Positions 24,543-38,352 of a stretch of DNA of 64,000 bases are shown here, in pieces. Made by a program: the position numbers and the translations under genes. Under the pieces are notes generated by a model that was not told the origin of the DNA, ran no database searches, and worked only from the letters and a program-made list of their open reading frames with translations. The stretch is from Anaeramoeba ignava BMAN (taxonomy: Eukaryota > Protista > Anaeramoebae), in contig JAPDFW010000060.1 in assembly GCA_028826165.1 (NCBI GenBank), positions 248,001-312,000 of the forward strand, given 5' to 3'. Each line of letters opens with the position of its first letter. The first letter of the stretch is position 1.

Positions 24543-27500
24543 TTAATTATTTAAATCTTGAGAAATCCAAGCAAGCCATTGATTCCAATTTTCAACAGTT
24601 TCAAAACCAAAAAACAATTTTTTCTTTTCTGAAGAAATGAGAATTTTCTTCACAATTTTTTTTTTATCATTTTTTGACAACTTTTTTTGTTCCAATTTTG
24701 TATTTTCATTTATAATAATTGAATCAATTTTTTTTTCATTAAAATTTGAAGTTTTTTGAGTGAAAATCAAAAGATTCCCAGATTTCAAAACTAAATAAAC
24801 AAAATTCCATTGTTTTGAATTGGAATCAAATAAAAAAGCATTTCCTTCACGATCAACTGTTTTCCAAATTGAATCAGAAAAATCCTCAGAAGGTTTTGTT
24901 TCTTGAGAATGAAGATTGGTTTCTGAAAGATTTCCAATTTCTTCGTTTGTAATTTTTCCTTTTGATGAATTATCTTTGAGTTGATTTTCCGAAATTGAAT
25001 TATCAATATAAATTTGTTTAAGAAAAGCAATTCCTGAAGTTAAATATTTGATTTTATCTTGAATGATTAACAGATTATATCGTGATTTTTGAATTTCAAA
25101 TGATTCTTTATCAAATGAATTCAGACTTTGTTTTTTCAATATAAAATCTTTTATTGAGTCAATAACTTGATTTGAATTGAATTTGGAATTTTGATTTGGT
25201 TTGTTGTGTGATTGCAAAATTCGATAAGAACGAGCGAGATAGAAACTTGCTTCTGAAGTAAAAGTTGGAGCTAAACAAAGATCTCCATTTAAAGTCTATG
25301 ATCAAAAAAAAAAATTTGTTTTGTTTTGTTTTGTTTTGTTTTTGGATTAAAATTTGAATTTAAAAAAAAAAAAATTAATTACTGATATTGAATCTAAGAA
25401 ATTATTCATTTCTGATGAACGTTTTTCTATATCTTCATTTAATGGTTGTAAATAAGCTCTATTTGATCCAAAAGTTTTTCCAGTTCCTAAAGTTTGTATT
25501 GCAGAAGATAGAAGTAAAAGTCCTCTTTCTGTTGCAGAATCTGGAACAACTATAAAAAAGATATTAAATAAATTTTTTTTTGTAAATTTCATGTTGATGT
25601 TAAATTTTTGATAAATTGGAAAAAGAAAAAAAAAATTAAAGTTTACCATCAATAATATTAAAAGTATGAGGTGATAAAATAGCAGGACAAATAAACCTCA
25701 AAAAAATCAAACTACCAAGAACAGTCAAATCATTAATATGAAGCAGAGTATTAGTTTCTTTTCTAATATGAGCAGAAATAATTTTCAATCCAAGAGGTAA
25801 AAAATTTGCAGAAGCAAGAATTTTATCCAAAATTTTATGGAAATATTTTCTTAAATTGACCAAATTTTCTTTGATTCTTTGTGGCATTTCTATATAAGGA
25901 TCGACTTCAAATTCAAGACCTTCTTGACAAATTTCTTGCAAAACATCATGCAAAGTATTTCTGAGATAATCCAATCCATTTGTTGCACAAAACCTTGTTA
26001 AGAATTTGGATGTGATATCGTTTGTTCTGAACAAAACAAACTGATTTTTTTTCGCAATGATTTGTTGAGAAATTGCCATTTTAATGAAAGGAACCAAAAA
26101 ACCTAAATGTTCAAAAACATGAAAGAAACCAGCTGAAAGGTCGTCTAAAGAATCAAGACAATTTTCATAATCCACGGCAACTGTCAAGAAAATAACATCG
26201 CTATCAAGAAGATAGTTGTTCATGAATTCTTTTGCTCTTTCAAACATTTGGAAATATTCTTGATTTTGTTGAAATTTTTCTTGATCATCTTCGTTGATTT
26301 CCAGTTTTTGCTTGAAATCGCTCAATGCATTTTGCACTAATTTCTTTGAATTCTCACTCAAGGCTCTTTGCGTTATTGTCCGAATGATCTTTCCAATTGC
26401 AGTTTTCTTGCTTTGATTGATAATCTGATTTGCAGTTGTTTTTGGGTGTGAAATCCGGAAAAAAGATAAAAAGTGGAACAAAGTGTTTTGAAGTTTAATA
26501 TAATCAACAAGACCATAAACGAATGAATCAAGCTGGTGGAAAATAACATTTCGAGCTGGAATGAAAGCATCTAATGTAATTTTTGTTTAAAATTGTTTTT
26601 TTTTACTTTTGAATAGAAATTAAATAAAAAATAAAAAAATAGACCTTTTTTAAGAACAAATTTTTCAACAAGTAAAAGTACTAAATTTTGTGCCAATTCT
26701 TGTTTAAAAAATACAGTATAAGTTAATAAATCAAAGAAATTCATTAATTGAGTTTTAATTGGCTGAAGGACTTGTTGATCAATCCCATTTTCATAAAGAA
26801 TTTTAATAACAGAATCACGAATCAATGCAGGATCACAATCAGGATTTTCAATCACATTCATTTCATTTTGAATTCTTTTTTGGATGCCTTTATCCAAATA
26901 AGGAATTCCTTCAGAACTCAAAACCCACATCAAAGATCTAAAAAAAACACTACAATTTAAATTGTTCAACCAATACTTTTTTTTTGTTTTTTACAATAAA
27001 GATTTTGAATTAGTCCGTTATATTTAATTTAATTTGATCAAATTTGATCAAAATTGATCAAAAGGTGAAAAAATAAAATAAAAAATAAAATATATTTTTT
27101 CAACTTACGTTCTTTTTTGCAATTTGAAATGCTTGAATGTTTGAGCGAATTTTTTGGAAATAAATCCGATCATTTTGAAAAGAAAGTTCACAAAATGCTT
27201 CCATGAAATCATCGAGTTTATCAACAAGAATGTCTATTTTTTTGAGGTCTTTAATTCTCATATTTGCAAACTGTTCGATTGTATATGATTTTTGAGGGAG
27301 AAATTGGGAAAATGAAGTTTCCAAAAGACTCGGAATTTTTTCGATATGATCTCTTGATTTTGGGATTATATTTGATTGCAAAGATTGAACTTTGGAAAGA
27401 GATCTGAAGATTTGGTCCGGATTATTTGAGTCATAATAAGATTCCATAACCGATACTGTTGGTGTTTTTATCGCTGGTATTGGTTGATTTGGAAAAACAA

Positions 27501-30500
27501 TTGGCGAAGTGAAATTTGCTTCGTCAATATCAAATTCTGAGTTTGTATCAGTTTCAGTGACTTCTAATTCGATTTCAAGAATCGAGCTTGATTGTGAATC
27601 ATGTGTTATGTTGATATCAAAGGCGTCATCAGTATCTGCTTGTTTTTGTTCTTCTTCTTTTTTTTGTGTTGTTGGTGCTGTTGTTTTTGTTTGTTTTGAA
27701 TATTCAGAAAGTCCAGTTTTCCAAAGGAAAAGGTTTGCGAGAAATTTAATAAGCTGAGTTTCATTAGCCTTTGTTTTTTTAATTCAATTTAAAAAAAATA
27801 AATTATTTATTCAAATATTTTTAAATTAATTTTGAATTTGATTTTGATTTTGAATTAATTTTGAATTGAATTTGAATTTGATTTTGAATTTGAATTTGAA
27901 TTGAATTTTGGATTGAATTTGAATTAATTTGAATTAATTTTGGATTAATTTTGAATTAATTTTGGATTAATTTTGAATTTAATTTTGAATTGAATTTCGA
28001 ATTGAATTTTGAATTGAATTTTGAATTGAATTTGAATTTGATTTTGAATTAATTTTGAATTAATTTTGAATTAATTTTGAATTGATTTTGAATTAATTTT
28101 GAATTAATTTTGAATTAATTTTGAATTAATTTTGAATTAATTTTGAATTAGATTTTTAAATTGATTTTAAATTAATTTTAAATTAATTTTGAATTAATTT
28201 TGAATTAATTTTGAATTGAATTTGAATTGATTTTAAATTAATTTTGAATCAATTTTTACAGAAACAATTTCTTGAGGTTCACAAACAAAACCTTCATATG
28301 AACTTGTTTTTACAAGAGAAACAAATTTTTCTGCTCTTTCAAATAATTTAAGATTTAAATAAGATCCAAGAAAATTCATATTTGGTATTAGAATATTTAA
28401 TAAATTAGCAAGAATTGTACAATCCTAATATCATTTTTGTTTTAAATTTTATTTTAAATTTTATTTTAAATTTTATTTTAAATTTTATTTTAAATTTTAT
28501 TTTAGATTTGATTTTAGATTTTATTTTAGATTTTATTTTAAATTTTGTTTTAGATTTTGTTTTAAATTTTGTTTTAAATTTTGTTTTAAATTTTATTTTA
28601 GATTTTGTTTTAGATTTTATTTTAAATTTGATTTTAGATTTTATTTTAAATTTTGTTTTAAATTTTGTTTTAGATTTTATTTTAAATTTTGTTTTAAATT
28701 ATTTTAAATTTTATTTTAGATTTTGTTTTAGATTTTATTTTAGATTTTATTTTAAATTTTGTTTTAGATTTTGTTTTAGATTTTGTTTTAAATTTTATTT
28801 TAGATTTTGTTTTAGATTTTGTTTTAAATTTTGTTTTAGATTTTGTTTCAGATTTTATTTTAGATTTTATTTTAGATTTTATTTTAGATTTTATTTTAGA
28901 TTTTGTTTCAGATTTTGTTTTAAATTTTGTTTTAAATTTTGTTTTAAATTTTGTTTTAAATTTTGTTTTAGATTTTGTTTTAGATTTTGTTTTAAATTTT
29001 GTTTTAGATTTTGTTTCAGATTTTATTTTAGATTTTATTTTAGATTTTATTTTAGATTTTATTTTAAATTTTGTTTCAGATTTTGTTTTAAATTTTGTTT
29101 TAAATTTTGTTTTAGATTTTGTTTTAAATTTTGTTTTAGATTTTGTTTTAGATTTTATTTTAAATTTGATTTTAAATTTTATTCTAGATTTTGTTTTAAA
29201 TTTTGTTTTAAATTTTATTTTAAATTTTATTGTAAATTTTGTTTTAGATTTTATTTTAAATTTTATTTTAAATTTTATTGTAGATTTTGTTTTAAATTTT
29301 GTTTTAAATTTTGTTTTAAATTTTGTTTTAAATTTTGTTTTAAATTTTATTTTAGATTTTGTTTTAGATTTTGTTTTAAATTTTATTTTAAATTTTATTT
29401 TAAATTTTATTTTAAATTATATTGTAGATTTTGTTTTAAATTTTGTTTTAAATTTTATTTTAGATTTTATTTTAAATTGTTTTAAATTATTTTAGATTTT
29501 ATTTTAAATTTTGTTTTAAATTTTATTTTAGATTTTGTTTTAAATTTTGTTTTAAATTTTGTTTTAGATTTTGTTTTAAATTTTGTTTTAGATTTTGTTT
29601 TAAATTATTTTAGATTTTATTGTAGATTTTGTTTTAAATTATTTTAAATTTTATTTTAGATTTTATTTTAAATTATTTTAAATTGTTTTAAATTTTGTTT
29701 TAAATTATGTTTTAAATTTTATTTTAAATTTTGTTTTAGATTATTTTAAATTTTGTTTTAAATTTTGTTTTAAATTTTGTTTTAAATTTTATTTTAAATT
29801 TTGTTTTAAATTTTGTTTTAAATTATTTTAAATTTTATTTTAAATTTTGTTTTAAATTTTGTTTTAAATTTTGTTTTAGATTTTGTTTTAAATTTGATTT
29901 TAAATTTTATTGTAGATTTTGTTTTAAATTATTTTAAATTTTATTTTAAATTTTATTGTAAATTTTGTTTTAGATTTTATTTTAAATTGTTTTAGATTTT
30001 ATTTTAAATTTTGTTTTAGATTTTATTTTAGATTTTGTTTTAAATTTTGTTTTAAATTTTATTTTAGATTTTGTTTTAAATTTTGTTTTAAATTTTGTTT
30101 TAAATTTTATTTTAAATTTTATTTTAGATTTTGTTTTAAATTTTGTTTTAAATTTTGTTTTAAATTTTATTTTAGATTTTGTTTTAAATTGTTTTAAATT
30201 TTGTTTTAAATTTTATTTTAAATTTTGTTTTAAATTTTGTTTTAAATTTTGTTTTAAATTTTATTCTAGATTTTGTTTTAAATTATTTTAGATTTTGTTT
30301 TAAATTTTGTTTTAAATTTTGTTTTAAATTTTATTTTAGATTTTGTTTTAAATTTTGTTTTAAATTTTATTTTAAATTTTATTTTAAATTTTATTTTAAA
30401 TTGTTTTAAATTGTTTTAAATTTTGTTTTAAATTATTTTAGATTTGATTTTAGATTTTGTTTTAAATTTTGTTTTAAATTATTTTAGATTTGATTTTAGA

Positions 30501-30939
30501 TTTTATTTTAGATTTTATTTTAAATTTTATTTTAAATTTTGTTTTAAATTTTGTTTTAAATTTTGTTTTAAATTTTGTTTTAGATTTTGTTTTAGATTTT
30601 GTTTTAGATTTTGTTTTAAATTTTATTTTAGATTTTGTTTTAAATTTATTTTAAATTGTTTTAAATTTTATTTTAAATTTTGTTTTAAATTGTTTTAAAT
30701 TTTATTTTAGATTTTGTTTCAGATTTTGTTTTAGATTTTACCATTAAATCCCTTTTAAAATTTCTAATTCTCTTTGGAATCTTTGAAATAGAAAGAATTT
30801 TATTAACCCAACGTCTTAAAATTTCTAACGGATGAATAAGTTCAATTTTTTCATTTTCAGTTTTTTTTAAAAGATAAATTGAAGGATGAAAAGCAATTTT
30901 AAATAATAAGTCTTTATGAGTTAAAGAATCAAAAACCAT
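24543..30939 (-). CDS. Ras GTPase-activating protein with N-terminal calponin-homology domain and C-terminal PH domain; 7 exons
   Basis: Exons 30939-30742, 28424-28260, 27768-27109, 26937-26645, 26570-25647, 25549-25383, 25295-24543, with one apparent 1-nt slip near 27115. CH motifs EILRRWVNKIL..RNFKRDLMDCTILANLLN and LIKFLANLF; RasGAP motifs LFRTND and LIFLRFICPAILSP; PH motifs W..VYLVLKSGNLLIF and WNQWL. Confidence 0.85.
27770..28259 (-). repeat. Intronic ~11-mer (ttttgaattaa on +) array, RasGAP intron 2
   Basis: Tandem units fill most of the intron. Confidence 0.8.
28430..30741 (-). repeat. Intronic 12-mer (ttttgttttaaa / ttttattttaga on +) array of ~2.3 kb, RasGAP intron 1
   Basis: Degenerate tandem 11-12-mers run from donor to acceptor. 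Confidence 0.9.
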
Positions 30940-31043
30940 TTAAAAAATATAATAAAAATAATAAAATAAAAAAATGAAAAAATAATTTTCAAAATTCATT
31001 TTTTTTTTCTTTCTTTTTTTTAAAATTTTTAATAAGAAAAAAA
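30940..31043. promoter_or_regulatory. Putative bidirectional promoter between RasGAP (-) and DHCR24-like (+)
   Basis: Divergent ATGs about 105 bp apart. TCATTT on the minus strand at about 30972-30977 and on the plus strand at 30996. Confidence 0.5.
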
Positions 31044-32761
31044 ATGATTTTTTTTGAAATTATCCTTTTTATTGGTTTTTTATTTAAAATGTTCATCAAA
31101 AATATTTTAATTTTTTTAATTAAAACTTTTACAACAAAAAAAAAATTCAATCATTTAAATTAAAATCAAAAAATCAACACAAAATTGATATTTTAAAAAT
31201 ACAAAAAGAAATAATAAAAATCAACAAAGAAAACAAAAAGAAAAAGAAAAAGCAAATAACTTTATTTAGGAAAAAAGGGGAATCACATTTAACAAGAGAT
31301 GAATCAATGAAATCAAAATATTCGAAAATAAACATTGAAAAATTAAATAAAATAATAAAAATTGATTTTGAGAAAAAAAAAATTTTAGTTGAACCAAGAA
31401 TTAAAATGGAAGATCTTTATGATTTTACCATAACATATGGTTTGATCCCAAAGGTGCTGCCTGAATTCAAACAGATAACTGCAGGTGGAGCACTTCTTGG
31501 AACTGGGATTGAAAGTTCCAGTTTCAAATTCGGTCTTTTTGAGAGAACAGTGACCCAAATGGAGATCATCACTGGAGAAGGATCCGTCATGACAATCGAT
31601 AAAAATAAAAACGCAGATCTTTTTTATTCTTTTTCTGGAAGTTATGGAACTTTGGGAATTTTGACTCTTCTTGAAATAGAATTGATAGAAGCAAAACCCT
31701 TTGTTCAACTTTCTTACCATAAAATTACAGACTATAAAACAGCCGTTGACAAAATTGCCCAGATTTCCAAAAATACTGAAATTGACTTTCTCGATTCTAT
31801 ACTTTTTTCTCGAAGAAATGTTATCATAATGGAAGGCAAAATGGTTGGAGAATTTCCGAAAAATTCCACATTTTCAAAAAATTCTCAAAAAAATTTCCCC
31901 TCCTTAAAAACTCAGAATACAAATAATAAACAAACTCCTCAGAAAATTAAGCCCACTCTCTCCCTCAGATATTTTTGGAGCAAATGGTTTTACAGACATG
32001 TTTTCTTCGTCACAAACATTGATTCAGAAAAAGAAGAAAATGATAAAGGAATTGTTCACAAAGATTTTTTGCCATTGAAAGACTACATTTTTCGATATGA
32101 TCGTTGCGCTTTTTGGATGGGAACTTTTCTGGAGAAAGACACTCTCAAATATCGTCTGCTTCTCGGATGGTTGAGATCTAGTTATGTGTTGTATAGAATG
32201 AGAAAATTGTGGACAGCTCGAAATTTTGAAGAAAAACTTTATACTCATGACTTCATTGTTCCTCATGAAAATGTCGAAGGATTTATTCAAGAATCAATTC
32301 AAAAGATGTTTGTTCATCCGCTTTGGTTATGCCCTGTTACCACAAATACTTCCAATGTGGAAAATGATCAGATCCAAAATATCATCTTTTCTATCAGTGA
32401 TTCTCGAAATAAAATCAATCAAAAAAAAAATTCGAATTTGGGAAAAATTCAAGATGATTTATTTGTAAATGTGGGGATTTATGGACTACCTGATGTTGTT
32501 GATTTTGGTGTTCCTTATCGAGAATGTTTTGATATTGTGAATAAATATATGGAAAATTTTGCTTGTTTTCTTAATGCCAAAAAATTTCTTTATGGTTCAA
32601 GTTATTATTCTCCTCAATCTTTTTGGCGTTGTTATAACAAAAATGTTTATGATAAAATTAGATCCAAATATAATGCTCATTTATTTCCTGATATTTATCA
32701 AAAAATTGGAAATTGTGGATTAAGATCTAAACTTTCTAATTTAAACAAAAATGAGAAATAA
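31044..32761 (+). CDS. DHCR24: Delta(24)-sterol reductase-like FAD-binding oxidoreductase; intronless
   Basis: VEPRIKMEDL, VLPEFKQITAGGALLGTGIESSSFKFGLF, GSYGTLGIL, YIFRYDRCAFW, PLWLCP, FPDIYQKI. The frame is open upstream of 31307, and a hydrophobic N-terminus from ATG 31044 joins it if one A is added to the A10 run at 31136-31145. Confidence 0.8.
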
Positions 32762-34400
32762 ACTAATTAATAATTTATTTAAAATTATCTAATTAAATAA
32801 ATTATAAATATAAATAAAAAATTTAAATAAAATATTTTAATAAATAAAATAAATAATTTTTAAATATAATTAATTAATAATTTATTTATAAATTTATTTA
32901 AAATTATCTAATTAAATAAATTATAAACTTAAATTAATTTTTTTTATTAAAAATATAAATTAGAAATTAAATAAAATATTTTAATAAATAAAATAAATTA
33001 TTTTTAAATATAATTAATTAATAATTTATTTATAAATTTATTTAAAATTATCTAATTAAATAAATTATAAATTTAAATTAATTTTTTTTATTAAAAATTT
33101 AAATTAAAAAATTAAATAAAATATTTTAATAAATAAAATAAATTATTTTTAAATATAATTAATTAATAATTTATTTATAAATTTATTTAAAATTATCTAA
33201 TTAAATAAATTATAAATTTAAATTAATTTTTTTTATTAAAAATATAAATTAAAAATTAAATAAAATATTTTAATAAATAAAATAAATTATTTTTAAATAT
33301 AATTAATTAATAATTTATTTATAAATTTATTCAAAATTACCTAATTAAATAAATTATAAATTTAAATTAATTTTTTTTATTAAAAATATAAATAAAAATT
33401 AAATAAAATATTTTAATAAATAAAATAAATTATTTTTAAATATAATTAATTAATAATTTATTTATAAATTTATTCAAAATTACCTAATTAAATAAATTAT
33501 AAATTTAAATTAATTTTTTTTATTAAAAATATAAATAAAAATTAAATAGAATATTTTAATAAATAAAATAAATTATTTTTAAATATAATTAATTAATAAT
33601 TTATTTATAAATTTATTTAAAATTATCTAATTAAATAAATTACAAATTTAAATTAATTTTTTTTATTAAAATTTAAATTAAAAATTAAATAAAATATTTT
33701 AATAAATAAAATAAATAATTTTTAAATACAATTAATTAATAATTTATTTATAAATTTATTTAAAATTATCTAATTAAAATAAATTATAAATTTAAATTAA
33801 TTTTTTTTATTAAAAATTTAAATTAAAAATTAAATAAAATATTTTAATAAATAAAATAAAATATTTTTAAATATAATTAATTAATAATTTATTTATAAAT
33901 TTATTCAAAATTACCTAATTAAATAAATTATAAATTTAAATTAATTTTTTTTATTAAAAATTTAAATAAAAATTAAATAGAATATTTTAATAAATAAAAT
34001 AAATTATTTTTAAATATAATTAATTAATAATTTATTTATAAATTTATTTAAAATTATCTAATTAAATAAATTACAAATTTAAATTAATTTTTTTTATTAA
34101 AAATATAAATAAAAACTAAAATAAAATATTTTAATAAATAAAATAAAATATTTTTAAATATAATTAATTAATAATTTATTTATAAATTTATTTAAAATTA
34201 TCTAATTAAATAAATTATAAATTTAAATTAATTTTTTTTATTAAAAATATAAATAAAAATTAAATAAAATATTTTAATAAATAAAATAAATTATTTTTAA
34301 ATACAATTAATTAATAATTTATTTATAAATTTAATTAAAATTATTTAACTAAATAAATTATAAACTTAAATTAATTTTTTTTATTAAAAATTTAAATTAA
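32762..34400. repeat. ~144-bp tandem satellite, about 11 copies, almost pure A/T
   Basis: The marker (t/c)ctaattaaa recurs at 32907, 33051, 33196, 33340, 33483, 33626, 33769, 33914, 34057 and 34201 (spacing 143-145). Confidence 0.9.
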
Positions 34401-34500
34401 AACTTTTAAAAGTGAGAACAAAAAAAAAATTATTTAAAAAAAAAAATTTTTTTAAATTTCCTTTTTCATTTTTTTCATTTAAAAAAACAAGAAAAAAAGA

Positions 34501-37500
34501 ATGTGGACAAGAGCAAAAGATTCAGGAAAAAAAGTGATAGCCAAATACAAAGTAAATGAAAACAAAGAAATAATTGAAGCAGATTTATCAAGAATTGGAA
34601 CAACTAAAATTCCAACTAAAATTTGTGAAGAAATAATTGGACATCAATCTTCAATTCAAATTTTAGATATTGGTTACAATCAAATTTCTTCTTTAGAAGT
34701 TTTTAATGACTTAATTTTTCATTTAAAAGATTTAAGAGTTTTAAGATTGAATAATAATTTTTTCACAAATTTACCAAAAAATTTTGTTAAAGTATTTCAT
34801 TTATAAATTAAAATTAAAATTAAAATTAAAATTAAAATTAAAATTAAAATTAAAATTAAAATTAAAATTAAAATTAAAATTAAAAATTAAAATTAAAATT
34901 AAAATTAAAATTAAAATTAAAATTAAAATTAAAATTAAAATTAAAATTAAAATTAAAATTAAAATTAAAATTAAAATTAAAATTAAAATTCATTTATAAA
35001 ATTAAAATTAAAATATTTATATTTTTATTTAAATTAAAATTAAAATTAAAATTAAAAATTTAAAAAGAATTTATCAAAATTAGAAATTCTTGATGTTTCT
35101 AATAATTCACTTTCTCAAATCAATGAACAATCTAATTTCCCAAATCTTACTCATTTTTATGGAAGAAACAATTATTGGGGAATTTTTCCAAATTGCATTT
35201 CAAATTCACCAAATGTTCGTTATATTGATATGAGAATTGGACAATTAACAAATTTACCAAAAAACATTGAAAATTTAGAAAATTTGGAATATCTTGATTT
35301 ATCAAATAATGCATTAAGATCAGTTAATATAAATCTTGAAAAGTTAAAAAAATTAAAGTATTTGAACCTTTCTTCAAACAAATTAACTCAGTTCGAAATT
35401 TCCTCAAACGATGTATTTTCTAATTCAAAAAATAAATTTAATTTAATCTAATTCAATAATAAATTTTAATTCAATTAAATTTTAATTTAATTTAATTCAA
35501 AAATAAATTTTAATTTAATTCAAATCAAAAATAAATTCAAATCAATAATAAATTCTAAATCAATAATAAATTTTAAATCAATAATAAATTTTAATTAAAT
35601 TAAATTTAATTCAAATCAATAATAAATTTTAAATAAATTTAATTTAATTATTTTATTTTATAGGAAAGTCAATTATCAGAACTCGATTTATTATATAATA
35701 AATTCTCAATTTTTCCAGCAACAATTTTATCTTTAAAAAAAATCAAAAAACTTGATTTAAGTTTTAATCGATTGGAAATACCAAACGAAATTGAGAAATT
35801 AACTTCATTAGAAATTCTTCGATGGAATTCAAATCAAATCCAAAAAATCCCAAAAAACATTTCGAAATTGAAGAATAATTTAAAAGAATTTTGGTTGAGA
35901 TACAATTCATTTTATCAATTTCCAAAAGAATTACTTGAATTGGAAAACATTACTTTATTGGATTTAACTGGAAATGGATTAAAAAAACTCCCTGATGAAA
36001 TTTCATCTAAACTTCCAAATCTTGAAAGAATTTATTTGGCTTATAATAATTTTCAAAAAATTCCAAATGTATTAAAAAAATTACAAAAACCTTTAAAAAG
36101 AATTTGGTTAGATAATAATCCAATGAAAAAAGAGGATAAGAAAATTGTTGAATCAGGAATGAAAAAGTTATTGAATTATTTATTTCCATCAAAAAAAGAT
36201 GAAAAAATTATTAATAATTCAAATATTGCAGAAAATCAAAACAAAGAGATTGTGAAAGATGATTCAAATGATTCCCAAATAAAACAACAAAAAGTTACAA
36301 GAAATTTAGATCATTTGAAAAAAAAAGAAGATAAAAAAAAAGATGAAAAAATTATTGATAATTCAAGTATTGCAGAAAATCAAAACAAAGAGATTGTGAA
36401 AGATGATTCAAATGATTCCCAAATAAAACAACAAAAAGTTGCAGGAAATTTAGATCATTCGAAAAAAAAAAACATGGATATTGATTTAGATGAAAAAAAA
36501 AAAGATGAAAAAATTATTGATAATTCAAATATTGCAGAAAATCAAAACAAAGAGATTGTGAAAGTTGATTCAAATGATTCCCAGATAAAACAACAAAAAG
36601 TTGCAGGAAATTTAGATCATTCAAAAAAAAAAAGCATGGATATTGATTTGGATGAAAAAAATCAAAAAAATCAATCATTAATTGTGATGCCTCAAAACGC
36701 AACAAAACTATCAATAGAAGAACTCAAGGATAAAATTAGAGGCACAATTATAGGAAATTGTATTGGAGATGCAGTTGGATTAGCAACAGAATTTCTTGAT
36801 AAAAAAAACTCATCTTATTTTTATGATTTCGAATTTTTTGATTATGAAAAATTAGTCAATGATGGACATCGTTCAAGATGGATCAAAGGCGATTGGACAG
36901 ATGATTCTGATCAGATGCTGTTAATTCTTGATGGAATTTTGGAGAATAACGGAAAAGTTGATGAAAAAGATTTTGCAAGAAGACTTCTAAATTGGATTTA
37001 CAATGGATTTCGAGAACTTGGTGATTCAGGAGGAATGGGTCTTGGCTCGACTGTTGGAGCTGTTGTTAGTTCGAATGAATTTTTGGATAATCCGCATTAT
37101 TGTGCCGAAGTTGTATGGGAAAAGAATGAATAGAAACGCTGCTGCTAATGGAGCTGTTATGAGAACATCAGTTCTTGGAATTCCAAATTTTCATGATCTT
37201 GAAATTGTTCGCAAAAATACTCTCAATATTGGCAAAGTAACTCATTATGATTCTCGTTGCAGAGCAAGTTGTATCGCTACAACAATTGCGATTGCCTTAA
37301 TGCTTCAAGGCGAAACTGATATCCAAAAAGTTATCCAAAAATCATTGGAAATTTCCCAAAAGGAAATTGATGATCCAAAATATCTTAAAGAATTCAATGA
37401 TTATATGAATATGGAATCTTGGGCTCAATTAAAACTTGATGACCCAGGAAAAATTGGTTATACTCTCAAAGCTGTTGGTTCTGGTTTTTTTGCTTTAAGA

Positions 37501-38102
37501 TCTTTGGAACATCCTGATGATTTCCCTCAATTATTAACAGAAATGACAATGGAAGCAGGTGATGCTGATACAAAGTATAATTTCAATTTAAAATCAAAAT
37601 TAAAATTAAAATTAAAATCAAAATTAAAATTAAATTCAAAATCAAAATTAAAATTAAAATTAAAATCAAAATCAAAATCAAAATCAAAATCAAAATCAAA
37701 ATTAAAATCAAAACCAAAACCAAAATCAAAATCAAAATCAAAATTAAAATCAAAATTAAAATCAAAATTAAAATTAAAATTAAAATTAAAATTAAAATTA
37801 AAATCAAAATTAAAATCAAAATTAAAATTAAAATTAAAATCAAAATTAAAATCAAAATTAAAATTAAAATTAAAATCAAAATCAAAATTAAAATCAAAAT
37901 TAAAATCAAAATCAAAATCAAAATCAAAATTAAAATTAAAATCAAAATCAAAATTAAAATTTCTTTTAGTGGAACTGTTGTTGGTGCTTTATTAGGTTGT
38001 AGAATTGGTTATTCTAAACTTCCTGAATATTGGAAAAAAATGCCTCATTTAATTTGGGTTAATGAAAAGATTGATCAACTTTTTAAATTGATGAAAATTT
38101 AA
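34501..38102 (+). CDS. Leucine-rich-repeat protein fused to an ADP-ribosylglycohydrolase (ARH/DraG family); 4 exons
   Basis: Exons 34501-34791, 35068-35412, 35664-37574, 37970-38102, with one 1-nt slip at about 37120-37131. LxxLxLxxNxLxxLP repeats; ARH motifs IGDAVGLATEF, WTDDSDQ, AAANGAVMRT, GDADTNGTVVGALLG (the last spliced). Confidence 0.88.
36190..36660 (+). repeat. Three in-frame 48-54 aa tandem repeats in the LRR-ARH linker
   Basis: DEKIIxNSxIAENQNKEIVKxDSNDSQIKQQKV starts at about 36198, 36342 and 36504. Confidence 0.9.
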
Positions 38103-38352
38103 ACTCAATTTCTAACTCAAATTCAATTTCAAATTCATTCCAATTTTAAATTCAAATCCAAATTCAATTCAATTTTAAATTCAATTCAATTTTAAATTCA
38201 ATTTCAAATTCATTTCAATTTTAAATTCAATTCAATTTTAAATTCAATTTCAATTCAAAAATAAATTCAAAAAAAAATTTTATTTTTCCTTTTTTTTTTT
38301 CATTTTTTTTAATTTTTCAAAAAGCAAAAAAAAAATTTGTTTTAAATAACAA

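Noticed and set aside
32762-34400. CRISPR-like array
   Set aside because: Monomers are contiguous near-identical units with no unique spacers and no cas genes, in a eukaryotic context.
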